NCBI GenBank assembly: GCA_973851085.1
Contig: OZ316775.1
Coordinates: 19,344,001-19,408,000, forward strand
Reading direction: 5' to 3'
DNA from: Ptychomitrium polyphyllum
Lineage: Eukaryota
Length of the DNA stretch: 64,000 nt
In this document: positions 38,263 through 51,000 of the stretch, piece by piece
Layout: every line of letters begins with the position of its first letter
Position numbering within the stretch: the first letter of the stretch is position 1
Made by a program: the position numbers and the translations under genes
Notes under the pieces: generated by a model
Told to the model about the DNA's origin: nothing
The model's input: only the letters and a program-made list of their open reading frames with translations
Database searches by the model: none

Positions 38263-41200
38263 ATGAAACGGGTCGCTCCGTCGAAGCAGCACGCTGCCGC
38301 AGCTGGCTGTCGTCCGCATGGCACTGCGGGGTGCTGGCTGGTCGTGATCTTTGTTCTGGCTTTGTTTTGCTGCTGTGGTATGTGTCTTCCTTGCTTTCCC
38401 TTGCCTTTTGGGCAGGGCTTTGAGTAGGATATTGAATTGGAGCGATTTTTTTTGAAGGCGTTGATGTTTGTAGTGAGTGTTGACCGTTGACTAGAAGGTT
38501 GAGAATGGTGCTTCACTTGGAGATCCAGGTGTAAGGAAGGGGCTATTAGTAACAGGGTTTATGCCCACAATGTTCTTTGAGACGCGATCACTTTGTCATT
38601 GTGCGGATGATTGTAGCGTGGTGTCTACCGGTGATTCGTGTCTGGGGTTTGTGTCACTGTTGAACTTGTTTGACTTCGTTTTGCTGAATTTTGCGACAGA
38701 GGTGGCTGGATTGCACGTGACTTTGTTTTGATATGTTGTCTGGTGGTGGCAGGTTGTGATGTGCAGTCCTCGAGCAGATTGCAAGATGTCGTGGATAAGG
38801 AGAATGTGACTTTGTCAGCAGCCAACATTTGCTTGGAAAGCTCTGTACAGGAAGATACAATAGTTTGGTACAACCTTGACACTTCGGATTGTTTTGAGGA
38901 CCCTTCCCTTGGTTTGAAATACTTGGAGGTAGAAGCAAGAATATTGCAGAAGTGTGCGGACGATCAGCAGTGGTTTGTGGTTGTGAATACTGAAGACGAG
39001 GAGCTTTCGGTCGATGACGCAAAGAATCAGGGGGCCTTTGTGGATCTTATAGGTATGGGCATGCCTACGATTTGGATGTCAGTTGTTATGGACACTACAA
39101 ATCTGAGAGATTGTGCTGGAGCGTGATAAGCCTGTTACTTGATTATTCTATGTGCGTTTCAGGTGCAGGAGAGGATCGATTGTATGCACATTTGGATTTA
39201 CCTTTAGGAAATGCTTCGCAACCGTGGGTTGTTGGTATATACAGCAGCTGTGGTCCTGTGCAATATACCATGAAGTCTTGGTGCTCAGGTACCACAACAA
39301 TCATTTTGTGTTGGCAAGATTATATAGTGGTTGTTGTGGATTGCAGGTGTATTCCTTGTTCCTTTTGTAGGGAACGACTTTGACTTCGTGCTTTGTTTTG
39401 ATGGAACGTGGGGCATAATTTTGAATTGTTTTTTATCAGAGTAACAATGAGAAAAGGTGATAGAGTTGATTTAGTTATTGCATTTGATGCAGTGACTAAG
39501 GGTTGCAACTTAAGCTGCGGTGATCCTGACAATGGACCATGTGTAAGCCTTGATAAATGTCGGTGCACTAGGACCGAGGACGAAGGTTGTAAAATAGGTC
39601 AGTCACCGGATTCCCATCGATTGAGGCATTTGCGGAAGGACTTGGCTGTGTATTTGTAAGCGTAATGTAAAACTTCTTTAGAAAAATTTGCACTTTAGTG
39701 TCAATGAACTTGTAACATTTTTTTGTATTTGGTCATTTCAAAGTGTATTATCTCCTGAGCTTGAAATTCGTGCTATATCTGATTTCAAGGTGCCTATCAG
39801 AGCTCATATTCAACATGTTGATGAATTCTTCATTGACATGGTTGTGCCGTTATCCTTCAGACGTAGAAGCTTTGCCGGATGAGGAGGATATTGTATCAAG
39901 TTATGGATTTACTCACAATGGCGACCCACTAAAATATGGGACATGGAAGTACTTTCGTTTTCAGGTAGGACTGTCATCTCGTACTTGGTGGAATAGTTTT
40001 TAAGAGCGTTTTGATTTTTGCAGCAATGTTTGTGGTTCGAATTGGTTATAGGTACACATCTGGTTCCTCTCTCGCTGATCTAGGGAGAGTCGGCTATGTG
40101 TATTCGAGTCACAAAGCATATCTCACAATCTAGAAGATATAGAAACAACGAAAAATTGAATAGGTGACCTCAATGTGGAGAGGTCTACTGAGTTGCGCTT
40201 AATTGAGACGATTTTACGCCATTGTAGTAAGAGCATTAGGAAGGCTGGCTTATGATAGATTCGGACGTGCCTACCTTTATTATTGTAGAAGACCTCCTGA
40301 ATCAACTATCATCCCCTAAAGCTTTTTATTCTATTCAGTATGGGTATTTTTTTTTTTCTGGGACAGATTTTAGGGACAGGTCTAGCTCTTTTTGATGATA
40401 GCGCACCAGTATTTCTGTGTTGCTGATGTCGTAACACAATTTTCATATGCAGGCTTTGCATAATGGCAGTCGCTCATTGGTAGAGCTGGATAGAGCATAT
40501 GGTGACGTGGTTTTGTTTGTCAAACCAGAAGACGCTGCTCATATTGACAACTCAATTGTCTCAGTACCAATAGAGCAGGATGCGATGAAGTATGCTGATC
40601 TCCTGAGTTTTCAGAATCGATTAAGCCACCATTCTGTTTTCGTTAACGGATCTGGTAACTTCTCCATTGGAGTTTACAACGCGGATACATGTTTGCAAGA
40701 AGACACCATGTTCAATCTGACCATTACTACTGCCACTCCAAATGATTCGTTCAACCTGTGCCCCTTGAACTGTTCATATCCTCAGGGGCTGTGCGTGGCA
40801 GACAACGTGTGCAGTTGTGAATCTGGTTACGGGGGACAGTACTGTGCAGGATGTGAGTGCCGAAACAAATTTTCAATTTTGAGGGAATTGTTCTGGCCGT
40901 CTCCTTTTTGAGATACTCCCCGGTTCTTTAGAGTTACATTTAGATCTCTCTTATTTTGATTTTGAGTGCGAACCTTCTCTGATACGCCATCCACGATTTG
41001 AATTGCAGCACTTTTTCCAGCTTCATCGGTTAAAGCATATAGTGGTCAACTTCCACCTGGAGGATGGGCCTACATCAACATGTCGATTGATCAGATGCCA
41101 AACGATATTGATGTTTCGATATCCTTCAGGTCCTTTAGTGGACATCCTATTCTATTGGCTCAGCAAAGTCGCTTTCCAACACTCAAAGACTTTCATCTGA

Positions 41201-42639
41201 AGTTCTCAAATTCAACTTTGGGCGCTACGCCTTCAGATGTATATCGTATTAGTGGCAATTCTCTGATCCTCGGAGTCTTCAATGTCGACTATATGAGCCG
41301 GGGAGTATCTCAATTTGAAATTGCGCTAATAGGTGAGTACGCTCCACGCTAGAACAAAGAACAGTTACGATCAATCTTATGTCACTGTTCTTGGTCAGGT
41401 GTTTTATTATGCTTCCACAACTCCTATATTTTGCTTGCTGATACATAGGGCTAGGTCATGACAAGTAAACAAAGTTTTTTTGGGTGTAATTCATCAGTTT
41501 GTGCATATTAGATGATACTTTCATATCTAAGTAGCATGCCTCTGAGTCTTGTGCGATATTGGGTGGAAGGGAATTACTTGAGGTCTGAGATTTAACTAAT
41601 TATAAGGCAACGATAAACACAATTACGATTGAAAAAGTACAAGCTGATCTGTTTCTAATCGTGGTGTCCTTGACCTTTTCCAGGGACGCGGAAACAGCTA
41701 GCCATATGGATAATCCTACTTGTGGCCCTTGGAAGCTCGATGTTCTTACTCTCAGCGATACTAACCATCAGACATCTGATCCAGAAGAGAGGACAAACTG
41801 TTATTGCATCCGGGGGTATGGATTTTGAGGCTACACCCCAGGACTTGGTATGCCATCTCTATCAGTAATTGAAACTCTGTTTCTTGCTCTCTGGAATTAC
41901 TACAATTTGATTCGTGAACTAGGTTTGAAAGTTCAAGCATGACGGCATGATGCCATTGTCTTCGTTGATCTTGGTCTTGGACTGAGCATTGTAGTGATTC
42001 TAGCAGGAAATGGTGCAAAACCGTGGTCGAACCACAGTGATGATTAGCTCATTACCGTTGCTAGCATACCAAAAAGGAATGCTTCCCAGGGAGGATGCTG
42101 GGTACGTTTCCCTCCAGGCTCCTTTTTATTTCCCTTCTTCTTCCCTTGCGATTCAATTGTTGTAGGCTATCAACTGTCTTTCAAACGGGGGGTTGGTGAC
42201 ATAAAATCAGATCTGGCAGAAATTAGGAAACCTAATACAGTGAAAATGACTTTTGTTTAAACAGTGGCAAAAATGTTCTGTCTACACTCACTTTTAGAAA
42301 GGGGTTTGAAGACTTGTGCTAATGATCCAGCTTAGAGTTTTACGTACTATTCACTTTGATTCTCCGCATGCTGGTTTTGAGTGTTGTTGCAGGTGCTCGA
42401 TATGTCTCAACAACTACGACATAGCTGAGATTGTGTGCAGATTGCCACGGTGTGGGCATATATTCCATATAAGATGTCTTGAGGAATGGTTCCAGACAGA
42501 CGGCAGTTGCCCTTTGTGTCGGGTGCCTTTGCAGGAACAGGGTGGTGGACTATCAACTGCACCAAGCATGGATTTTGAGGGCACACCTTCAATATCCGGC
42601 GAGTTCTTCGGGAGGCGTTTGTTGACCGGGCGTAGTTGA
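38263..42639 (+). CDS. Type-I membrane RING-H2 E3 ubiquitin ligase with EGF-containing ectodomain (exons ~38263-38377, 38753-39052, 39163-39288, 39493-39597, 39861-39964, 40453-40852, 41010-41332, 41684-41846, [41923-41944], 42007-42101, 42393-42639)
   Basis: Signal peptide WLVVIFVLALFCCC; EGF-like CNLSC..GPCVSLDKCRC..GC and CPLNCSYPQGLCVADNVCSCESGYGGQYC; TM LAIWIILLVALGSSMFLLSAILTI; RING-H2 CSIC..CGHIFHIRCLEEW..CPLC. Confidence 0.85.
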
Positions 42640-43213
42640 TTTAATAGCTAGTCAATAGCTCCATCTAGTAGTTAGTCATTAACCCGTCTAAGGATGATTG
42701 ACCATTTCTTGCGAAAGGGGACTCTCTTGGCTTTGGAGTTCTTTTCCAATTCTTAAAGACTCTGATTCCTAAATGTGCAAAAATCCCGGAGAGACTGCCA
42801 GCAAGGCAGCATGTATTTTAGCGAAGGCTCCCTTTCCCCATTGATTTAGTTGGATACACTTTCTTAGAAGTTATGTAAGCACATTGATCTGTATCCACAA
42901 GATAAGTTCGTCGTTAGGGAGATTTTACAATTGTGTAAACTTGCAATACCCAAGAGGATTTGGCATCTTTGCTAGCATCTCAGTAAATTGTATGCAAATT
43001 CGATACCAGTGTATGCAACCTATTTTTGAAAATAGGAAGCTAATGTCAACGTAGTTGGGGGTTAGACTTTGACAACCACACATGCAAACTACAGGATCCT
43101 CAAGACGCTTCAGCAGCTAAGAACCTAAAATAATGTAGTGGGCGTTGTTGCTAAGTTAGGTCTGGCCATCAGCCCTGCGCAGGAGCAACATCCAGATATG
43201 TGACTGACATCTT

Positions 43214-44390
43214 TCAATACTGCAAACCCCTCATCCCGCCGTTATTTCCTTCGTGCATCCTGACAAAATTTAATACTGCATATTCATCGATCGGAATCAC
43301 ACGCTTGGCCTCATTTTCAATGCAGTTCCAATATGTTGAATTACCTATTAGGTGGTTTCTTTGGTTCCATGACCTCCAATTTTGCGAAATCTCGTATTGT
43401 GCCAGAATTCTCTTCTTTGATGCTGGTTTACTGTAAACTTGAAGTTCCTCATCTGTACAACTATCTCCTTCAAGCGTATTCACTAATTCAGAAAACTTGG
43501 CCACTCTGAAGGTTCATGACTCCAACACCCCATTATAAATTCCGACTTACGATGACGTCCTAAGTCCATATCTCCTGATAAGTATGGTCTATACCCACCG
43601 AGGACAAAATCATAGTCCTGAGCACCATGACTTTCACATGGTGTGTGTCCAGTTGAAAATTCGTAACACGGCATGCCATAGCTGTAGACATCTGTCATCG
43701 TCGTGAACTCTATTTCGGAACACGGCATTCTATTCTTCAACTGTCGAAGAACTTCGGGTGCTCTCCAAAATCCGGTTTTCAAACTGGGGGTGTTTACTAC
43801 CCCCAGTGCACACTCATAATCCAACACAGTTGTTTTCACTTGAAAACTATCATCTGGAACTTCCTTGCCAAATGGCCATAAAAGAACATTCAAAGCCTTC
43901 AGATACCCATGGACAATCCCATACTTCCTGTGCAGTGTATCCAAATCTCTTGCAATGCACAACATGACTCTCTTGACAAACCCACTGCCTTCAGACAGTG
44001 GCCTTCGGTTGTTGTTAAGCAGCGTCTTTGGATCGATGAGCTTTCGCAAGTCACCCCACTCCCGCAACATCACAAATGCAAATCTATCGTCAATCAATGT
44101 TCCAACCTCAATCCACATCAGAGGGCCCTTGACTGTCTTTCGACGAGTCGCACAGCATTCCCAATGGCTACTGTCGTTGGAAATTCTGCAGGGGACAATT
44201 CCCTTTCATCACCTTCGGCACATGATAACTAAACTCAGGTGACTATCGACCATCTTCAGCCTCAACTTTGAAGTACTCAAGGAAATCCCGAATGTGGAGG
44301 GGTTTTTAAGGATGTTGAGTTGGTGTTGAGTGAGAAGATCAACGAGGGCGGACACGCAGAAATTTGATGTCAAAGTGTTCCCGGTCAGAT
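43214..44390 (-). pseudogene. Protein kinase (TKL-like, moss-expanded type) pseudogene with frameshifts and an inverted N-lobe segment
   Basis: FAFVML..WGDLRKLID, degenerate catalytic loop IVHGYLKALNVL, TGFWRAPEVL, TDVYSYGM; stops at ~44170-44245; frameshift near 43500. Confidence 0.85.
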
Positions 44391-45195
44391 AATCTAGCCA
44401 AAAGGCTCTCTGTGTCAGAACGGATGGGTGTCGTGAGTACTCAGTGTCAAACTCAACCTCGGTACTAAAGCTGTTCCTGTTTACACGATCATGCTCTGCA
44501 TACGTGTGGAGTACATCGAAGAAGCTGATCGATGACGCTCGTGCTCCGGTGTTTGTAGGCGAGCTGTCAGGGGATTGAATTTTGCTTTTCGAGGCAGGTG
44601 ATTAATGAGTGGCTGTGTGTCCCAAATGGTGCTGCTTCAACATTTCGCTACAGCTGCCAGTGGCGGTGTCAGTGGATTTCGGCTTCTGAGCCGCTGATGT
44701 CCAGTTTAGAATCTAACTGTATCCTACATACGTTTTATGGATAACATAAACTGGTTCCATGGTCGATTGTCAAAAGGGGTTGAAGTGTGGCGATGGAAGC
44801 TTTGGGAGTTGGAATTGGTGAGTAAGTTGAACTACTGAAATGCATTGCACGTAAAATTGGGTTTCTTGATAAAACATGTGCACGGTTGGAATTGAGTTCT
44901 TATTCGGTTAATGATTAGCTCTTTAAGATGCAGCTATACACAGGTTCCAAACTACCGTATCTCAACTACTCTGAAAAAGTAAACAATTACCTAGGACATT
45001 AACATTCAACCTCCTTAATTCTGGTTTGTCAGAACTACAGTTCTAAAACCCAGTTCATTGTCTAACTGACATACTATTTTATTTACATTTCTACCGAAGG
45101 CCAAGTCAACTTCACTTCCGAAGTATCACACTCCGTCTCTGGGCCCCACGACCTGTGAGCATTACGATAGGATGTGATGTCCAAGGAAAAGGACA

Positions 45196-46918
45196 TCAAG
45201 CATCGTGGACAAGCCGTTTCATGATCTGGTCATAAGCTGTGAACAAAATCATTGCTGAAGGTGCAACCCACAGCACGCGTGATGTCATACCTCATGTGAA
45301 CCCACCCATTCCTTCATGCTGATATATGGTTCTCGCTGCATCCCAGGCTCCAGAATACTGAGTTGTGCTTTGTACATTACTTTTTCCCTGTACTTGTAGT
45401 CTTGTCTTAATTATGTCCTGCACACAATGCGCCTTTCCTTTTCAGATAATGTTTCTGCATGTAGGCTTTAATAAATTATACACATGGAAGACAAATGCTT
45501 AACTCAAAAGCGAGCTTTTAAGTATCTACAAAGCTGTTATAGCGGAGCTTGCAATTAGAATAAGGGTGTGAAAAACATGAGGAAAACCCCACAGTTTCAG
45601 GAAATGGTCCGCACCATGGGATTCGTCAGACCAGCAGCAAAACTAGAACAAACGAATGCACTCCCAAGTTCGTATCGAACATCAAGCTTCTCAACCGAAC
45701 CAGCTCCCGAGAATCGAACACAAGCACGCTTACTAGCTTCCCAGAGTGGCAAGTAAACGGCATTGAACGGGACCCAAACCATCTGGTTTAAAAGACATCC
45801 TCTATAAAATGCACGAATCCCTTCATGTTGATATATACTTTTGGCTGTGTGCCATGAACCCTGCAAAATGATGTAGAAGCAGATAAATTATTGTTTGACA
45901 TGCATTGACGAAGCTAATAACATCTTCTTGATTCAAACGTACCCAAACACAATTTGTTGCCATCTATGTCTTCCCTTTAGACAAAAATTTAGGGATTTTT
46001 AATGAACATCGCTAAAGGTTCAATCTTGCAAGACATTAATCAGTATGGTTTCTTCCCTAACTAGATGATTGCATGCTTATGTTACTACGAGAACAAACAA
46101 CACAATAAATCAAACAAAGTGAGTGCGATGAATATGTATTTGGTAACTTGCATTCTTTGAAGTCACAAAGCCTTCAATTCTATCCGCAGTCCTTCGGAGA
46201 ATCAGGAAACTAGAACCAAGGATTTTACCGTGTAAGAGCCTTCACCGGTGGTCTGCACCATCTGTCTTTGCCTAATAACTTCCACGGGAACTGTCACTGT
46301 TGACTGCACAAATGAGGCCACTATACCACCTCCGAACTGCACTACTGGGCTGTCACGTCCACCTGCGAAACATGAGAGCCAACACAAGCCCTTGTCACGA
46401 TTGAAGAGACTCTGAACCTAATTGATTGCGCACAGATAACAAACTTCAAACAATCGGCACAGACAGGCAACTTTGCTGAGAGGTTGAGCATATCAGATTC
46501 GTACCCGGAAGATACCTTTTGATTCCTTGGTAAGTGCCAAAGTACAAGGCTTGTGCAGGAGCTACTTGAGTGACAGTAGAGTAACCTTTGTAAAAAGTTC
46601 TTCATCCTCCGTGGCGACGATAGTCTGAATGGCTTGCACAGGCCCTCTGTACATGTACAATGCCGCTGTTCCGCCCCCATTTCCTCCTTGTACCTGAACG
46701 CTATAGCAAGTAAGTTACTTACACCATTTCAAAAAGGACCATTATGACGAATAATCTCAGAAACTTGGAATTAGGGTGGCGTTGAGAACAACCTGAAGTC
46801 TGGACTTTACAGTCATCATCGGATACATCGTGCCATCTGCACGCGCGCCAGCTATGGCGCCTGCGAGCATCTGCTTAGCCGCAAGATTCTCATAGCTGTC
46901 AATTCCGACCCTGGCCAT
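45196..46918 (-). pseudogene. Mitochondrial substrate carrier family gene, disrupted (exons ~46918-46793, 46693-46517, 46362-46229, 45861-45615, 45418-45196)
   Basis: Three carrier repeats (YPMMTVKSRLQ, VPVEVIRQRQM, NPM|DIIKTRLQ); frameshift at ~46605 and in-frame TGA at 45292-45294. Confidence 0.85.
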
Positions 46919-48040
46919 TCCCCCCAGACTCCTCCTGAATCCCTGGCTCTACACAAGACTCTGGGAGAGAGTATGCACTCCAAAAGCTCGATCAACCCCC
47001 CGGCGCTACCTCTGCATCGCCCACTGTAATGGAGTCAATCCTACAAATCCCGCAAAAGAGTGGCGATCGATCACTTTACTGACTGTTCCTGCTACAAATT
47101 CACAGTTCAAGAGGTGTAAAAAACAGAACAGAGCGTTGCGACAACCAACGGAGATCAATCTGGGTCTTCAACATCGATACATTACCACGTGGGATGCACA
47201 GCCAGTCGTCTAGCCAGAATCGCCATGCGCATGCAACAGCGATTTCGTTGCCGCCATCGCCACCACGTCTGATTTCACAGCTCCTGCTCGGCTCCGCATT
47301 CCCAAACTAAACTAAGAAAATGAGGATTTAAAAAAAATCTGATCCAGTCAACTGCATGTTGACGTTGCCAAGCCAGATGGCATTCCATCTTTGGAAATGG
47401 GGCAACGTGCTCGAGGAAGCACGGATCACTGGCCTCTGTTACTAGGATCCCGTCGATGAGCCTGTAAATACTGCTGCTTTAGCATGTGGTGTTCTAAACC
47501 CAAGCGAGAATTTCAGCTGCACTTGTCCGTGTTGTGTACCCATGACTATCCGGTACCTAAAACCAATCCATCAACTGCAGAATATGAAACTTAGCATGCA
47601 TCTAAGGCCAGACTCTTTGATATGAAGTTAGAGAAGTCCGTTATTTGTTTTTACTTAGTTTTGAAAGAAATGCAATGCTACACAGAGAAGCTTGGGAACT
47701 CTTTGAGTAAACAACACCATCCCATTGTAAAAGTATCTTACAAGCGACAAGGATCAAAATGTAACTTCTATAGTACTTCTGACTCGTTCGAGGTCCTAGT
47801 GTGGAGTGTGCTTCTTTGACTCCGTCTTTGGTTTATCATCAAAGCAAAAACGTACTTGATGAGTTCCGAAGGTCCCTTCTAAGCGTGCAGCTTCCAGATC
47901 ACGATTTCCCTGGAAGATGAGAAAATGTCACTGACATAGGTACATTAAGTGCATTCTATGGTTCACTAGGTTGGACAAAAGTGAGTTTGGAAGCTGTACA
48001 GACGACACAACGGTAACCGTGTGCTCGTTAGTGCAGACTG

Positions 48041-51000
48041 TCATCTTGGGAGTCTAGGACCAGTTCTAGGTGTAACACTCGGCCGCAGTGGTGTGGGGCG
48101 ACCATCTGAGACGCCGGCTGCAATGAAGAGGTTTTTGGCTCTCCCGTCACGACTGCTTCTTCTTACAAGAAGATGAGCTGGACCAAGCTCAACATCAGTG
48201 TCGTTGAGTGCAGTAGGACATACAGTCCTTCTAGCATTCAAATATTTCTTCCGTCCTTTCTTCTTGCTGGTCTCAGTTTCGATGGGCACAAGTACCGGAG
48301 GTCTCTTCTGCAGCAAGTAGCCCAATTCCAGCTCAGTAGCTGTATGATACAAACCAGTGACCTTTTGATGATAGTTCTAAGAAGATGCGCAAGGGATGCT
48401 CAAACTGCAAATTTCATATTCCAAAGAAGTCTTGCCTCATGGACCATCTCATACAGATGGACACATAACAGTATGAAATCTTTTACCCACAGCAGCTATA
48501 TGCATAAAATTCGAATTTCACCCAATAGATTGCGTTGATGCGAGCATTTTCGGGCAAGTGAAACGGTTAAGATTTACCAGTATCGAGGTGCAAAATTTCT
48601 TCGTCTGTGAAACGTCCTCAATGACTCCGTCGTTCTCATCGTTGTCTTCCTCCAAGTCAATGACTTGCTTGCAAACACGAGTTGTAGCAGAGGCAGAGTC
48701 CTGTTTGATTTTGCAGGAAACGGAACACCCATGAATTACCAGTAATGAAAAGTAACACCCGAAGAGTTTGGAACTGGTAATCTTATCTGGATAATGAAAA
48801 GTAACACCCGAAGAGTTTGGAACTTAACTTAAGAAGCATCACCAACAAGTTAAAGCACAAGCTGGACAAGCAACCGTAAGCACAGCTGCTGGGTACGAAG
48901 TGAACCACTGCCAGAAAGAGTGAGAAGTTCAATAGGATTATAGTGAGCTCACCGTCGAATGTTGCGTGTTTTCTCGATTTCTCAATCTGAAGCTCCTTTT
49001 CACCGGCGGATTTATAAGTGGGTGTAGGGCATCTGGCTTAGGGGTTGGCATCTTATCTGCACTTTCGGTAGCCAACCTGTCTTTCCCTTCGCCGGATGTA
49101 TGTTGCAAGGGCTGAGCAGAATAAACTTGAGCATCAGCATGGACTTCGAAAAGTAGGAAAGCTCAAAGCTCAAAAGGAGTTAAACGTCTATGTGGAATGA
49201 ATAGATCTTGCGGAAATTACAAGAAACAGAGATGTTACATACTTGTTTAACAGCAAATGTATAACAAAGAAAGAAATCTGAAAGATGAATGATTGAAGTT
49301 CCCATATTAATGAAAATCTAGAAGTTATGTCAATCCAAGTAGATTTCCTGGTAAAAGGTACCTCGTGCCTAGAATCATCATTGGATGGTTTGTTCGTTTC
49401 TACTGCGTCTGGAATAGCTCTTAGGACCTGCATCATAAGACTATAATCACTCGCGAGCATCAATGGAAGGAGTGCATACAGACTTACAACCTATCAGCCA
49501 AAATAGAGGAACAGAGGTGTTTTTTTACGATTCCTACTGCTCATGCAGGGTTAAGAACTTAAGAATAACTTATGTAATGGTACTACTTACATGCAGTATA
49601 GCCTGTTCGGAAGGTATCTTTTGAGTATTCTGGACACTGTTGCTAGCAACCAGCTCTATGGAGGTATTGAGATTACGAGTAAGAAGATTTATGCTTTGTT
49701 CGTGCAATTTCGGCATCGCAGCCAGCTGAAAAGAGATAGAATACATGCACTGTTAATAGAGAAGGTCTTATTGGATACTGCACATTCATGCGATTTCTTC
49801 TTTAAAATCTGCACAAAATTTCTTGCATCGTTGAAATTGAAGGAAAAGTATACTATCTTCACCCACCTCTGCCTCTTTGCACTGTTGTTCCATGTCAAGT
49901 TGAGTACGCAACATACTGTTTTTCTCCCGCAGACTCTCAAGCTGTTTCATGTAATACTCCATCTCCTCCTCCTTTTCTTCCACAAGCTTGAGAGCCTTCG
50001 CACACTCTTGTGCAGCTTCCATCGCCTGCAACAGATCCACTATGAGCTTTAACAGGCCGACTAACGGAAACTGTCAGCAGGTCATTCGTTGGGACACCAA
50101 ATTAGAAGTTGAATGTCGTAAATTAACCAACTTTGAGCCTAAACTAGCTATAGATCTAATCATAAACAGCATCGCTCATGAAGTAATAGGGTCAAACCAG
50201 GTGCACTGACCTTGTTTGCTCCAGTTTGAGCTATTCTGGCGGCCTCCTTTTGTTTATCTAGCTCCCCTCTTAACAGCTCAAGCTGACCCATCAATGTGAT
50301 CTTCTCTACATTCAGCACCTGGGCATATCTACTCAGCTCTGCATCATGCAACTCGGTCTCTGCTATTTTTCTTTTACATTCTAGTAGTTCTTTGGTGGCT
50401 GTCTCGAGCTGTGTCACAAGCTCCTCCTTCTCTTTAGTTAGTTTTTCTAAGCTTAGCTTGCTCGTAGCCAAGTCAGATTCAAGCCTTTCACAGACTCTTA
50501 GCTTTTGTTGCAGCTCCTCGAGCTGGATGGTGGCAGAGTGCAGGGCTTCGTTCTCTAGAGTCCATTTCTGCAGAATATTTTGATCAGTGACTAGTCCTTC
50601 GCCTGTTACCAAATTGCTCTCGATCTTTTGCAGCTGCCTAGTTTGCAACTCATGTTGTTCAATTAAAGGGGCCGTCTCTTCAGCCAACATCTCCACGACA
50701 TCTACAAACTTGTCACTGGTACCGGTGATGGTCTTCTTAGCTGCTTCAAGAGCCCTCTGAAGACTCTCCTTCTCGGCAGTTCGCTTGTCAAGTTCAAAGC
50801 TCAGGGTAGATAATGCTGTATTTAATCTCCTGTTTTCACTTTCAGTGTGTCGATGCTGGCTATTCAGCCTTTCCACCTCCATTTGTAGTTTATTCACAAC
50901 ACCAAGAGCATCCTCTGCACAACTAAATTTTTTCAGTACCTTGTTAGTAAAGAAAAGATTGAAAGAGCGCAGTCCTGAATTTTGTCCTGTGCAGAACTTT

